Positions 14,266-28,189 are shown, numbered from the stretch's first letter. The stretch is 64,000 nt of DNA from the human T2T-CHM13v2.0 reference genome, Homo sapiens (GCF_009914755.1 NC_060926.1), one strand, 5' to 3'. The notes: a model not told the origin generated them from the letters alone. A program made the numbers and translations.

Positions 14266-15500
14266 TGAAGAATATGTGGCCCCAAATACGCCACTTTGGC
14301 ATAGAGAATATTCTGAGCTAAAGACAACTGAGAACCAGCAGATACAGAAAAACCTCTTTATCCCCCGTCAAAATGCCTAAAAACAGTGTATAAATTTCTC
14401 CTTGCATAAAGGAAATATACATTTTTAAAGGAATTTCCATTTGTAAAGATGTCTCTTAACCAGGAAGAGAGCTATTTCCAGAGACAATTCTTATCACATG
14501 AGAGACTCTTATCTGAATAAAAGATGATCTTTATTTACCAAACATTTTCTCTCCTTGAAACCGCCTTTGCAAAATTATAACCAAGGAAATTATGACAGTG
14601 AAAGAAATCAGACCTTACCAACTCCATCTTGCTTCTAACTTTTAAGCTGTTCTTGTTCATTCCTGGCACAGGCCGAACTAACTTTGGGAAGAAATTCAGT
14701 TCATGGTTTGACTTTGAAACAAAATTGATAAAAGTCTTTTCCCGAAAAGACCCCCTTCTTGCCTGGGGACCAGTCTGCCTTTGCAGTACTAACCAATCAG
14801 CTACAAGATTAGAATTTACAGTTTAGGGTCCAAGAGTATGAACCTTCCCAAATTGCCCCTGGGGGTAACATCACTGTTATAAAACCTAAGATCAGTGCTT
14901 AAGATATTTTTCAGACCCTGCACTTGATGGATCAGCTGACACCACCCAGATTGGTAATCTGGCTCAACCATCACCCAGAAACAGAAAACAGCAAGAAAAA
15001 CTCACTTCAGCCCCCTACGATTCCATCTCCAACCTGACCAGTCGGCACTACCCACTTCCAAAGCCCCCTACTCACCAAATTATCTTTAAAAACTCTGAAC
15101 TCCAAACACTTGGGGAGACTCATATGAGTAATAATAAAACTCCGGTGGCTCTGTGTGAATTACTCTTTCTCCACGGCAATTTCCCTGTGTTGATAAATCA
15201 GCTATCTCTAGGCAGTGGGCAAAGTGAACCCACTGGGCGGTTACATCTTCACCTTTCCATAATTTGCTGCCCTGTCCAAAAGCCCCAAATCGTTTTTTCT
15301 TTGGTTACCCAAAAATAGTATATAAGCCTCCATCTTCTAGCCACCTCCTTGAGCCATCATTCTCTTTATGAACTCCCATGCATACATCTGTAATTAAAAC
15401 CTTTTTCTCTTATCAATCTGTCTTTTATCAGTTTGATTCATGGGTCTTAGCCATAGAACCTAGATGGGTATACGGCAAACAATCTCTTTTCTCCCCTGCA
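14266..15500 (+). mobile_element. MER34/MER39-group LTR, split by LTR8
   Basis: TG...CA termini with perfect TSD AGTG (14262-14265 and 15501-15504); flanked by L1M sequence. Confidence 0.65.
14556..15245 (+). mobile_element. LTR8-family solo LTR
   Basis: Starts TGAAACCGCCTTTGCAAAATTAT and ends GGGCGGTTACA; TSD TCCT/TCTT. Confidence 0.85.
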
Positions 15501-15990
15501 AGTGTGAATTGGAGGAAATTTTGTCAATATATATCAAAATTAAAAATGTATATACTCTTTGACACAGAAATTCTACTCTTTTGGAACTGATCCCACAGAT
15601 TTATTTATATTTATGTAAAAAGAAATGTGTATTAAAATATTCACTGTGGCATTAAAAAATGAGACAAACATAGGAAATGCTATTCAAGATATGTAAAAAA
15701 GCAAAGTGCTGAACAGTATGTATAATATGCTAATAGTTATGAGGGTAGGGAAACACACAAATACATATATGCACACATGTACTTACATAAGTGTGTGTAT
15801 CAAAAAGATGATAGATCCATAAACACACACATACACATTTGAATTTGGAAAGACTGCCTCTGGTAGCTTATACCAGAAAATACCCTCAGCTATTGTCTTT
15901 GAGAAGAAGAATTAGGGGTTGGGGATGGAAATTTACTTTTCCTCTACATTTCTATGTGCTAACTTAAAAGTTTTGCCCTGTGCAAGTAAG

Positions 15991-16556
15991 TATAAGAGAG
16001 GAAAAATAATTTCCTCTCTACCCTCCATGGTTCTTAGCTGGGATTCCCTGCAGCAAAAGACAGATTAACAAGAGAAAAATAAACAGAAGTTTATTAATAT
16101 GTATACCTCCTGTATACACGAGCAATAACTTTGGGAAATCTCAAAGATTAAATCTCAAGGCTAGATAAAGAATTGTCTTAGACTTCAGACTTAAATACTA
16201 TTGTCCCCTGAAACAAAGAAAGAGGAGTGTGGAGAAAGACATGGTTATGGGGAGGTGTTCAGGAAAAGTGCAATAAACAAGAACCAGGTTTATTTTGCAG
16301 ATGTAAGTCCACACTTTCTCCATTGATAAGAGTCTCTAGTGATTCAGTCAGCCCTATCTTCCTGGTATGGAGAGGGAGATATCCTTAAAAGTGAAGATTT
16401 CCTTCATAGGTATAAATTTCTCTTACAAAAGGGTAACTTCTGTTTTCAAAGTGTCTGCTGTGTCTGCAGGTTCTCAAAATAACCAGCTCAAAATAATCCT
16501 TATGCCAAAGAGGCATATTTTGGGATGACTTGGGGTAATGTGTTCTGAACCCTATT
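15991..16556 (-). mobile_element. MER34/MER39-group LTR
   Basis: aaaagacagattaacaagagaaaa...gtttatt and gaggcatattttggg, typical of this group in reverse orientation. Confidence 0.55.
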
Positions 16557-18956
16557 AAAGTATTTTTTAAATTATTTTTAAAGAAAAATAATTTGCTTAA
16601 AGATGGGGTGAATTTGAATCCCTTTTTTCCCCCAGTTTAAAGAGTTACCGTAAGATTTGAGAGGTATGGGTGGACCCGCTCTGAATTGAGATATTTCAGC
16701 CACTGATTTAGGATGAAAGAGGGTTTTCTCTTGCCTCCCACTGGTTTTGTGTTTCACTGTTTTCAGAACATTAAATGAAGTGTTACCATGAAGAAGGCAC
16801 AAATTACTTAATCCTCACACAAGAGCCAGTCTCATTAGCTCACACTCACACCTCTTAGGTCATACCATGGCCATCAATTATACCCGGCTGATGCTGCAAG
16901 GGACAATCTCACTGCTCTGTGACATATTTTTCTGTCTTACAGATTCTAGGTCTCAAAATATAAGGAATGACCTCACGAGTCACAGCCCAGTTGTTCCTAT
17001 ATGTAGTTAGAAGGAGATATCTGAAGGTTGGTACACTGTTAATATTATTCAATCATTTCAGCTCTCTTCTCAACCTCTCTATTCTCAACACTCAATTTCA
17101 AGTTTATGGCACCACTGCGATTCTAGCCCTTCCATTTCCCACTCGGAATTTCTGTGCTATCGTCCCTCAGGAGCTCCTTGGATCTGGCATCCTCTCTACC
17201 GTCAACCTCACACCCCAGGCAAGAAGGGGAAATCCCAGAGGCCATAATCCTCCAGCCATCTGGGAGGCACCCAGAAGACAACCATTAGCAGACACTCTGG
17301 GACTTCAGGCAGTTCTGCTCCTTGAAACAACTGTCACTGGAGAGGCGATTTTACAGCAGCCACTGTTGTCAAGTGGAAATACATTTTTAGTAATAAGAAT
17401 AACAGCAATGGACGGATAAGCTGGCTCTTCTGGAAAAACCATCCAGGGATATTCCAGCCTTACAGTTCTATCAGGTCGAGCAAAAGTTGATGTTTCTACC
17501 TCACCAGGGAGCACTTTAGCCCTTAATCTCTTTTACAAGCAGCAGAGGACTTGAAGACCAAATGACAGCCAGGGACCTGGCCATTGCCGGGTAGCCTAGG
17601 AATGTGCGACCACTAAGGAATTGAAGCCCTTCTCTGTGTCTCTGTTTTTCTCACTTGTCTTCTTTCCAGCTGTCCTATAGGTGTGGTAAATCTGAATGCA
17701 CAATTCTCAAAAACCATAACTCCCACTTTTTCTAGGTGCCAAAGAGAATGTTAAAATATCTTCAATTATCCATTCTCTCATTTCAACTTCAGCTTCTAGT
17801 ATTGATTAAGAAGTGGAGACCACCTCATCTGTCCTCCTCAATCTTATTCATGCACTACTGAGACGCACCTACAGGAGGAGAAACACTTCCAAGCACACGA
17901 TGTGAATTTGTATCTTTACACACCTAACATACCGACTATTCCTGAATCCTTATCCAGTTTGAAAGAGAATACAATGCAAGTAAAACCTGAATTGATTTTA
18001 GCCTGATGTTTTCCCGTGGAACAGGGACTCATAAATCACTCCATATGTCAAACTCTGCCCTTCTTCCCCGATTCAGTAATCACTCTCTTAGTAACTTGGG
18101 AGATATAAACTAGACATTTGTATCTACCAGGGGTTCTATCTGGCTTATTTATTTAATTCAGCTGAGAATTTGGGGTGTTATGTTTCATTAATTCACCAAT
18201 GACCTATTTTAAATCAACGATTCTGAGCCAACTTCTTTTTGAGATATTGGACTTGATATAAATACAATGCAGAAAGAAGTAATTCTCCATTCTGGGTTAA
18301 CTTCATTATTGTGCTAAGTATTCCCATAAGAAAAAAAAATTATCATATGCTCTCAAGCTTCACAGACATATTTTTGTCTGTATGTTTACTCAGAAAGGAG
18401 ATAAAGTCTACAGTTTCATTTTCATACTTTTACAGCAAGATCCTAACCCAATCCAAAAACCCCAGCTATTTTGCATTAAAGCTAAAATCATGAAAATTAG
18501 TTAGAATCACAAATTACGTCTGGCTTTCAAGCTATCTGTAATGCACAGATGTAATGTAGCAAACACGTTGTATTTTAAAAAAAAAAAAAACTTAAAGGTT
18601 TTAAAGGAAGGTTGGTGTCTTCTTCCTTTCTTTTCAGACCAAGTGCTAAGACTTGGAGTTCAGTTAACTACTATTATTCATAATGGAGTTTCAAAAATTC
18701 TAATGCAAGGAGAAGATAAACCTCTCCACCAATGTTTACTTACTGGAGAAAGCGCAAAAAAAAAAAAATGAGTATGCAGATAGAGCTTTGTGATTTAAAG
18801 CAATAGCTTGCACTAAATGCCCCCATCAAAAAGTAAATTCTCAGGAGTCACCTTTCAAATCCAAACCTGGAGGATGATTTTGTATTCACCACTAATGTCA
18901 TCCATGATCTCGTGACTCAGAAATACTGAGCCACTTCAGGCACATTGGTTTTCCTA

Positions 18957-19304
<348 letters not shown>

Positions 19305-19426
19305 TCACTACTCAACTTTAAATGGCCTCTTTTGGTCTGAGCTATGAGGTCAAAAAAAAAACCAATCAGAACTGAGTTTTCAGCTATATATATTTTTACA
19401 TCCTTGCGACAATACTCTGATGAAAG

Positions 19427-19793
19427 TGTTAAAAGATAAAGTTAGCCACATTGAAATTTTATTTGAGCAGACAGCAATTCATGAATCAGGAAGCTCCAGA
19501 TCGCAGGTGTTTTGGGCTCCACCAATAGGGCATGAGAGGAAGACTTTCATAGGGTGAAACTTTCATAGGGTGACTCTCAGAAGCAAGGTAAAGAAAATAT
19601 AATTGGTTAAAATGGAGCAGAAGTTTAATTTGGACTATTCCAGTGGAAAGTCCCTAATTAGAAATTAATTGGCAGTTCTGGTTTGTTAAGCTTAAGTTTC
19701 ATTCTCCTAGAATATGACCGTTTACGCTGACTTGGGTTTCCATTTGCTTACATAGTAGCCAGTCTAATAGCCTCCTAATTAATTATTTTAACA
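19427..19793. mobile_element. Probable ERV1 (MER4-group) solo LTR
   Basis: TGTTAAAA...TTTTAACA inverted termini and LTR-like size; family not assigned. Confidence 0.4.
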
Positions 19794-20247
19794 AAAAGAA
19801 AGAATACATGTTCTCAGAAAACCATTACTGTGGAGGTTTCTGAGTGCTCTCCTCTCATGATGTTCCTTTCACTTCAAAGACCTCCTCTCCATGTATCCAA
19901 GCCCTTTTTGCATTAAGCACTGTTCTGACAGACATTTCTTCTTTCCCTAATACCTAGCAGAGCCTACCCACAGGACCACTTAAAAAAAAAAAAATTGTGG
20001 AAGAGGGATGCTATGCTTTTCTGCTCTTGAAGGAACTCCAAATTGTAACCTTTCAAGATTTTCATGTGCCCACAGGATGTAGCTCAAGTTAGAGCAGAGA
20101 CTACACTAGATGCAACAACTTAGGTTAATATTTGGTCCAAAACTTAACTGTAACTGTTGTCTCAGAAGAGGTATACCTATGCACACCCTATGGCCACACA
20201 AAATGGACTTCTGCTCACCCTTCCCCCTTAACCTGAAAGCTACCCAC

Positions 20248-20981
20248 TATAGATTACATGTTTGTCCCCCCAAGCCTCATATTAAAATTATCCCCATTGT
20301 GGGAGACAGAACCTAATAGGAAGTAGGAAGTGTTTGAGTCATGGGGATGGATTTTTTTTTTTGACCGAGTCTCGCTCTGTTGCCAGGCTAGAGTGAAGTG
20401 GTGTGGTCTCGGCTCACTGGAACCTCCGCCTCCCAGGTTCAAGTAATTTTCCTACCTCAGCCTTTTGAGTAGCTGGGACTACAGGTGCCTGCCACCACAC
20501 CTGGCTAATTTTTTTCTTTTTCTTTTTTTTTCTTTTTTGGATTTTTGGTAGAGACAGGGTTTCACCATGTTAGCCAAGATGGTCTTGATCTCCTGACCTC
20601 ATGATCTGCCCACCTTGGCCTCCCAAAGTGCTGGGATTACAGGCGTGAGCCACCATGCCCAGCCAGGATGGATTTTTTATGAATGGCTTGACACTGTCTT
20701 CATGGTCATGAATAAGCTCTCGCTCTATTAGTACCAGCGAGAGCTGGTTGTTTAAAAGAGCCTGGTACCGCTCCTTTCTCTCTCACGTCCTTTCTCACCC
20801 ATGTGATTTCTGCACACGCCAGCTTCCCTTCATCTTCCACCGGGAGCAGAAGCAGCCTGAGGCTTTCAGCAGATACCCAATCTTCCAGCCATCGGAATCG
20901 TGAACCAAATAAGCATTTTTTTCTTCATAAATTACCCAGCCTCAGGTATATCTGTATAGAAACTCTAAATGGACTAAGACA
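20248..20981 (+). mobile_element. MST-type MaLR LTR interrupted by an Alu
   Basis: Ends aaattacccagcctcaggtat...ggactaagaca. Confidence 0.75.
20352..20665 (-). mobile_element. AluS inside the MST LTR
   Basis: Dimeric Alu with TSD GGATGGATTTTT. Confidence 0.92.
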
Positions 20982-21723
20982 CTACGCACAAACGTTTCAT
21001 CCTGGCTTGCTGAAGTTGTTCGAAGAGGAAGTTACAGATCAGTTTCTTTTCCTGAAAGTACAGTCTGTTACCTCAAACAAAGTGTGACTATCAGACAATC
21101 AAACATATATAAATAAAGCAAAAAAATGTAAAATACTTTGAAATGGACCAAAGTTATTGTAAGGTGTCTTCAGTGGAGAACTAGACATTGTCTAAATACA
21201 TCATTTCAAGTTATGTGATTCTATGAGGCCTCTGTGCCTTTCCTTGACTTTCAGTGTTTTACAACTCTTTAAGTTGTGGATAATTGGTAGTGACACAAAC
21301 AGTTCTTTGTCCATAAACATGCAAGTCAATTTTGTTCTCTGAAAATACACCATTGGTTTTCCTCCCCCACTGTGGAATGAGACAGTTTTGCATCTATTTG
21401 TAAATTTATTGCAACGTCGTTTGCTGGTTCTTTAAATTTTCCTTTGAACTAGTTGTAACATCTTACTAGTTCTTTCATTAATTAATGATTTAAATAAAAT
21501 CTCTAATGTGTATTGATTTTATATTTGAGATTTGTGATTCTATTCTATTTTTGAAATTATAAAACCCAGAGAACAGTACAAAATTGTTCTTTACTTTCCT
21601 CATTGAAGAATCCATGGAGTCCACCTCAGGCGGTCAAAGAACCCCTCCTGTCTGGTCTCTACCTTGTTCTCTCCTCACTTCCACTCCTAAAGTCTTCTCA
21701 GTCTTTTTAGCCATTTACCCTTA

Positions 21724-22412
21724 TGTCAGAGGTATTTCAACCAGTATAACTCCATCTTGAATAGGAGGTGGGTAAAATGAGGCTGAGACCTACTGGGCTG
21801 CATTCCCAGACAGTTAAGGCATTCTTAAGTCACAGGATGAGATAGCAGGTCAGCACAATATACAGGGTATAAAGACCTTGCTGATAAAAACAGGTTGCAG
21901 TAAAGAAGCTGGCAAAACCCACCAAAACCAAGAGGGAGAGAGACCTCAAAACCCACCAAAACCAAGAGAGAGGCCTCTGGTTGTCCTCACTGCTACACTC
22001 CCACCAGCGCATGACAGTTTACAATGACAGTTTACAAATGCCATGGCAACTTCAGGAAGTTACCCTATGTGGTCTAAAATAGGTTATGGAGAAATACCAA
22101 TGGTGTATTTACAGAAAACAAAATTTACTTGCATGTCTATGGACAAAGAACTGTTTGTATCACTACTGGTTATCTACATGCCTATATGGCATGAATAATC
22201 CACCCCTTGTTTAGCATATCATCAAGAAATAACCATAAAAATGGGCAACCAGCAGCCCTCGAGGCTGCTCTATGGAGTAGCCATTCTTTATTCCTTTACT
22301 TTCCTAATAAACTTGCTTTCACTTAACTCTATGGACTCACCCTGAATTCTTTCTTGCACGAGATCCAAGAACCTTCTCTTGGGGTACAGGTCGGGACCCC
22401 TTTCCTGTAACA
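21724..22412 (+). mobile_element. MER41A solo LTR with internal insertion and duplications
   Basis: TGTCAGAGG...CCTGTAACA, perfect TSD CTTA; lacks the tandem TTCCGGGAA block of MER41B. Confidence 0.85.
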
Positions 22413-22707
22413 CTTAGGGCAGATTCTTAGGCAGCCAATTCTATCTGAAAGGAGAAGAGGAGAATATTTTAATTCTTTTGTTCCCTCGGCATATTACAGC
22501 TACAAAAATTAAATAAATCGTCCCGGTGCTAGTATTCATGATCCATCAGTCCAAAATTCGAGTGTGTTATGCTATTTCCAGTAGTCAAAGATCCCTTCGG
22601 TGAAAGGGGAGGAAGAGCAGTTAAAACTCTATTCTGCCACTCTGTATTGCCTTTCATCTTTTATTAAAATGACAGGTTGCTAATTTGTCCTTCCATTAAT
22701 GAGAATG

Positions 22708-22779
22708 TTTTTTGTTTGTTTGTTTGTTTTGAGACAGGGTCTCGCTCTGTTGCCCAGGCTGGAGTGCAGTGGTGCGAAC
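22708..22779 (-). mobile_element. Severely 5'-truncated Alu
   Basis: Only the Alu 3' end is present, with TSD TAATGAG(A/G)ATGTTTTT. Confidence 0.8.
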
Positions 22780-23108
22780 TAATGAGGATGTTTTTAACTG
22801 ATCCCCACTCTTTCATCTCATCTATTTTATGGCTTGAAATGAGTTCAGGTCATTAATTGAGCATTTACTATAGGGTAGGCATTGTTTTATTTGCTGGGAA
22901 TTCATAGACCTCAAAGAGCTCACAGTTTGAAAGGGTCACTTTCACATAAATGAGTATTTATAATACAATGTAGCCATGCAGCACATAATAAACCTGTACA
23001 TTTTCAGGACAACTGTTCTGCAGGAGACGTCCAGCCTGTGGCTAGTTAACGCAACTAAAGTTTCAGCAAAGCACTCAAGCGTAAGGTCCTTAAAGTTTTT
23101 CTCATTAA

Positions 23109-23333
<225 letters not shown>

Positions 23334-24158
23334 GTCATTAAGTTTTAATAAGTCCAACCATCTCCAGACCAGAACCCCTCTGAATATGAAATAGGAGAAG
23401 TGAGATATCTCACACAGTAGCTATCAAGTTACTACTCACAAGCCAGAAAATGTCAGGGCTTACTTTGGCTTTCAAGTTCACAGTTCCATGAAATACAGAG
23501 TTAGGAAGGCTATCTTGATGAGCATTCTTCATTGGACCTCTCTGCCTTTGGACTTTTCTCTGCCTTGGACATTCGGGGAGCTGTTCTGCTTGGGGGTGCC
23601 TTTGTTAAGTGAAATGGGCAATTCATTTCCCTGACCACCAAGAGACATCCAGAATTTGTCATGTTTTATGAGTAATTTTGAAAGTGCTTACTAGACCTCC
23701 CTCCCTTTTCAACTGCTCAGGCTCAGTAAGCTTTTAAACTTTCTATTTCGTTACAGTACAAACAACTCTACAAGCAGGCCTCCTGCTTCTCCCCTCAGGC
23801 TATGCAGAATTATTCATACTCAAGGTCTAAAGAGGAACATCAGCACGAAGGAAAAACAGACTAAAGAGTGAAAACAAATTAGCAATCCAAACAGCTCTCT
23901 CCCAGCCTGTCACTGGAAGGCCTTTGGTGTCTCATTCCAGAGTCAAGGGGTTTTCTGAGTTGAAGATTAAAGGATACATTTTCAGGGCTCAGAGAACAGA
24001 CAATCTGTGAAATGCATATTCACCCAAGGCAGCCAGAACAAGGTGCGCATATGAAGAACCGGGATGTGCCTTCACCCCAAACCAGATGAGCCTTGTATGG
24101 ATAGTCGGTATTTTGCACCCACTGGGCTCGAGTCTTTCATATTTTATTCATGCTTGGG

Positions 24159-24307
<149 letters not shown>

Positions 24308-24346
24308 CCATTAAGCTCTCTTTGGGAATGTGGGAAATCTTATCTT

Positions 24347-24565
24347 AGTTATTCTCAACCAGGGTGATTTTGCCCCACAAAGAAACATGTGGCAAGTGTC
24401 TGAAGATATTTTTGATGGTCAAAACTGGCACTGGGAGGTGTTGCTGGCATGTAGTGGGTAAATAAGAAGGAGAAGGCTGAGCACCCTGTGAGGCACATGA
24501 TGACCCCCACAACTAAGATTTATCTGTTCCAAGATGTAGTTAGTGCAAAGGTTGAGAATCTCTGC
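24347..24565 (-). mobile_element. MER20 DNA transposon
   Basis: ttctcaaccagggtgattttgcccc...ggttgagaatctctg. Confidence 0.7.
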
Positions 24566-24649
24566 CTTAAAATGTAAAGCAGTAAAAACAGAACGTTAAG
24601 AAAGCTCCTCCCTCTCTCATGTGTATATTTGTGTATGTCTCTGTTTCCA

Positions 24650-24696
<47 letters not shown>

Positions 24697-26355
24697 GCCG
24701 GCTTCATAGGGGTGAAACCTATGCACATGAGCAGGGTCCCATACTCAGAACAGTTCCTGTACTTGATGTAATCCTCTGCTTCACTATCTTGAAATTCTCA
24801 ATAATTTTGCATGAGAGGCCCCATATTTTCCTTTTGCCCTGGGCCCTGCACATTACGTATCTGGCCCTGCATGCAAATGCCTGTGCAAGAGACACTCAGC
24901 ATTTCATGCAGTAGAACCATATGTTCTCCACTACCCTCTTTTTTCTCCCCTAACATTCCACTTTATTATAGTAGTGCATGCTTTCATTCTGTTTTTGAAA
25001 CCTCTCTTTGGGTTATGGCAGAGCCAACGCTGGAAAATAGACGTGTGTCATGGATTCTGAAGCGTCTGCATATTTTCTTCTTGCCCATCAAACTCTCTAG
25101 AAAATCCATACAGGGCACCAAGTGGCAGTCAGCAGATCGTGCGACATAAAAATTTTCTCAAAGACGCTGGAAAGAAGCTGCAGAGGCTTTTCTTTCCTGC
25201 AAGGGCAGCAGGGCTCTGCTCTGATCGTCCTTGCAGAGATGACAAAAATGATCCAGGACAAGAATCTTAATATCTGTAATCTAATAAAATCTACTTTCAT
25301 GTCCATCCTCTTCTTGCCAGTCCTTTTTCATTCAATGTTCTGGATTGTTCACAAACCTATGAATAAGCTTAAAACCTATTAAAAACCTGCAAGGCAGGAA
25401 CCATCACTTTGCTTCTTGTTAATCACTTTTAATCTACTACCACAAGTCAATCAGCAACAATTTACTGAGCAATTGTGAAGGGATGGAAGACCCTATCTGC
25501 AAACAATCTTGTTCACTTTTACAAATGGATCCCTTAAAATGTCCTGTTACTGGAAGGATGCGGACCTCTCAGGGCTCTAGAAGAAGCACCTAAGTGGATT
25601 ATCTATGAGGCCTACATGAAAAACCAAACAAGAGCAACAATAAATTTGTTTTTTGAATACTGTGCAGTATGACAAACCCTGCCTAAGAGATCCGGGTCTG
25701 CATACACGTGTCTCTACTGCCATCTTCTGACGAGCCATCCAGCACAGCCATCCATTAGCGTCTGCCACTTGGGAATCCCTCTGAGCACTTTAGAATTGAA
25801 CTTACAAAGTAAATGGGCTTTGAAAACAATATTAAAGCACAAATCATAGTCGCTGCCACACTAGTAAACAGTTGAGAACATCAATAATAATTTTTAAGTT
25901 TGCAGGCAATTCAACTTAAAACAGTACACATGGAGCAGAATTCCTCACTGTAGTCTGTGAGCAGACAGCCTTGACTGAACAGTGGGACTCTTCAGGGACC
26001 CAGGCAAGGACTATGGGAAAGTCCAAGGGAAGAGTCAACAGGCTGTGATCCTAACAGCTCAAATTCTTTTGGAATTTTTGTTTGTCTGTTCCTATGAGGG
26101 GAAAAAAGACCAAAGCTCTGAGTCTGCTTTTCTGGGTAAAGTAGAAATACAGCCAATGTTCCTACTTAGGCATCACCTGAGACATGCCTAGTTCTCCTTT
26201 CCCTTTTGTTCCTAAAAGCACAGACCAGATTGGCAATAATAACAATGATGGTGATAATGTGGATTCCTCAAGGGTAGAAACCTCATTCTATTCACTGCTG
26301 CATTCCCATGACTAGAACAGCAATTCATAGTAGACATTCCAAAGATACGTTTCTT

Positions 26356-26678
26356 GCAGAGACATGGATGAAGCTGGAAACCATCATTCTCAGCAAACTA
26401 ACACAAGAACAGAAAACCAAACACTGCATGTTATCACTCATAAGTGGGAGTTGAACAATGAGAACACACGGACACAGGGCAGAGGGCATCGCACACCGGG
26501 GCCTGTCGGGGAGTGTGGGGGCTAGGGGAGGGATAGCATTAGAAGAAATACCTAATGTAGATGACGGGTTGATGGGTGCAGCAAACCACCATGGCACATG
26601 TATACTTATGTAACAAACCTGCACGTTCTGCACATGCATCCCAGAACTTGCAGTAAAAAAAAAAAAAAAAAAAAAAAA
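26356..26678 (+). mobile_element. L1PA 3' end (5'-truncated)
   Basis: ggatgaagctggaaaccatcattctcagcaaacta...poly-A; TSD approximately AAAGATAC. Confidence 0.9.
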
Positions 26679-26810
26679 GATACATTCTTAACAAAGGGGC
26701 AGTCATAGCTATCATTGACTGATGATGTATTTTATGCTAAATCCTTTACAGTTCTTATCTAATTTAACATCTATAGTAACCTATGAAGCATGTCTTATTA
26801 TCCATGTGTT

Positions 26811-27207
26811 GGGTTTTTTTTGTTTTTTGTTGTTGGTGGTGTTGTTTTTTTTTTGTTTTTTGTTGTTGGTGGTGTTGTTTTTTTTTGTTTTTTGTTGTTG
26901 GTGGTGTTTTTTTTTGTTTTTTGTTGTTGTTGTTGTTGGTGTTGTTTTTTGTTTTTTGTTGTTGGTGGTGTTGTTTGTTTGTTTTTTGTTGGTGGTGTTG
27001 TTTGGTTTTTTTTGTTTTTTGTTGTTGGTGATGTTGTTTGTTTTTTTTTTGTTTTTTGTTGGTGGTGTTGTTTGTTTTTTTTTGTTTTTTGTTGTTGGTG
27101 GTGTTGTTTGTTTTTGTTTTTTGTTGGTGGTGGTGTTGCTTGTTTTTTTTGTTTTTTTGTTGTTGGTGGTGTTGTTTTTTGTTTTTTGGTGTTTTTTTTT
27201 TTTTTTT
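26811..27207. repeat. G/T-only degenerate minisatellite (expanded Alu tail)
   Basis: About 400 nt of ~30-nt units like TTTTTTGTTTTTTGTTGTTGGTGGTGTTG, with almost no A or C. Confidence 0.9.
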
Positions 27208-27488
27208 TGAGACAGGTCTCCGTCTATCACTCAGGCTGGAGTGCAGTAGCGCAGTCATGGCTCACCGCACCCTCGACCTCCCAGGCCCAAGCAATCCTGC
27301 CATCTCAGCCTCCTGAGTAGCTGGAACCACAGGCACATGCCACCACACTCAGTTATTTTTTAAATTTTTTGTAGAGATGAGGTCTCACTGTGGTGCTCTG
27401 GCTGGTCTCGAACTCCTGGGCTCAATTGATCCTTCCGCCTCAGCTTTCCAAAACACTGGGATTGCAGGCATGAGCCACATTGCTGACC
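27208..27488 (-). mobile_element. AluJ
   Basis: Dimeric Alu; TSD TCCATGTGTT at 26801-26810 and ~27489. Confidence 0.88.
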
Positions 27489-27714
27489 TCCATGTGTTAT
27501 TGATGGAGAGTGAATCACCAGACTTGGCAGATGGCCAGACTGGCCAGAGAGGAATGAATTTATGTTGAGTTGAATAAGCTGTAGCCCATGAAGAGGTGGC
27601 TACATAAAAATAATAATAAACCTCCACTATTGAGAAATTACTATACACCAGGACGGTGCTTAGCATGATCTTATTTACTCCTAGGAAAAGCTTGATGAAA
27701 TAAATCTTACTTGG

Positions 27715-28169
27715 TGTCAGGCCTCTGAGCCCAAGCCAAGCCATCGCATCCCCTGTGACTTGCACGTATATACGCCCAGATGGCCTGAAGTAACTGAAGA
27801 ATCACAAAAGAAGTGAATATGCCCTGCCCCACCTTAACTGATGACATTCCACCACAAAAGAAGTGTAAATGGCCGGTCCTTGCCTTAACTGATGACATTA
27901 CCTTGTGAAAGTCCTTTTCCTGGCTCATCCTGGCTCAAAAAGCACCCCCACTGAGCACCTTGTGACCCCCACTCCTGCCTGCCAGAGAACAAACCCACTT
28001 TGACTGTAATTTTCCTTTACCTACCCAAATCCTATAAAACGGCCCCACCCTTATCTCCCTTCGCTGACTCTCTTTTTGGACTCAGCCCACCTGCACCCAG
28101 GTGAAATAAACAGCCATGTTGCTCACACAAAGCCTGTTTGGTGGTCTCTTCACACAGACGTGCACGAAA
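27715..28169 (+). promoter_or_regulatory. 5' LTR7 (LTR7up-like) promoter
   Basis: TGTCAGGCCTCTGAGCCC...GAAA; ACAAAAGA at 27804 and 27854; GCCCCACC 27826-27833; TATAAAA 28033-28039; GC/GT box 28041-28050; AATAAA 28105-28110. Confidence 0.92.
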
Positions 28170-28171
28170 TC

Positions 28172-28189
28172 TGGTGCCGTGACTCGGAT
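28172..28189 (+). other. Primer-binding site for tRNA-His
   Basis: TGGTGCCGTGACTCGGAT is the 18/18 reverse complement of the tRNA-His(GTG) 3' end (ATCCGAGTCACGGCACCA). Confidence 0.95.

Noticed and set aside
16967-17419. 150-aa ATG-initiated ORF
   Set aside because: No similarity to any family I recognise; cannot be supported without conservation or Ribo-seq data.
21724-22412. MER41 as a STAT1/interferon-gamma enhancer
   Set aside because: This is the A type without the tandem GAS block; TTCAGGAA at 22051 has the wrong spacing for TTCN3GAA.
26722-27320. Several 150-176 aa ORFs on both strands (poly F/V/L/C or K/N/T/Q)
   Set aside because: Artefacts of a G/T-only repeat that cannot form stop codons; not genes.
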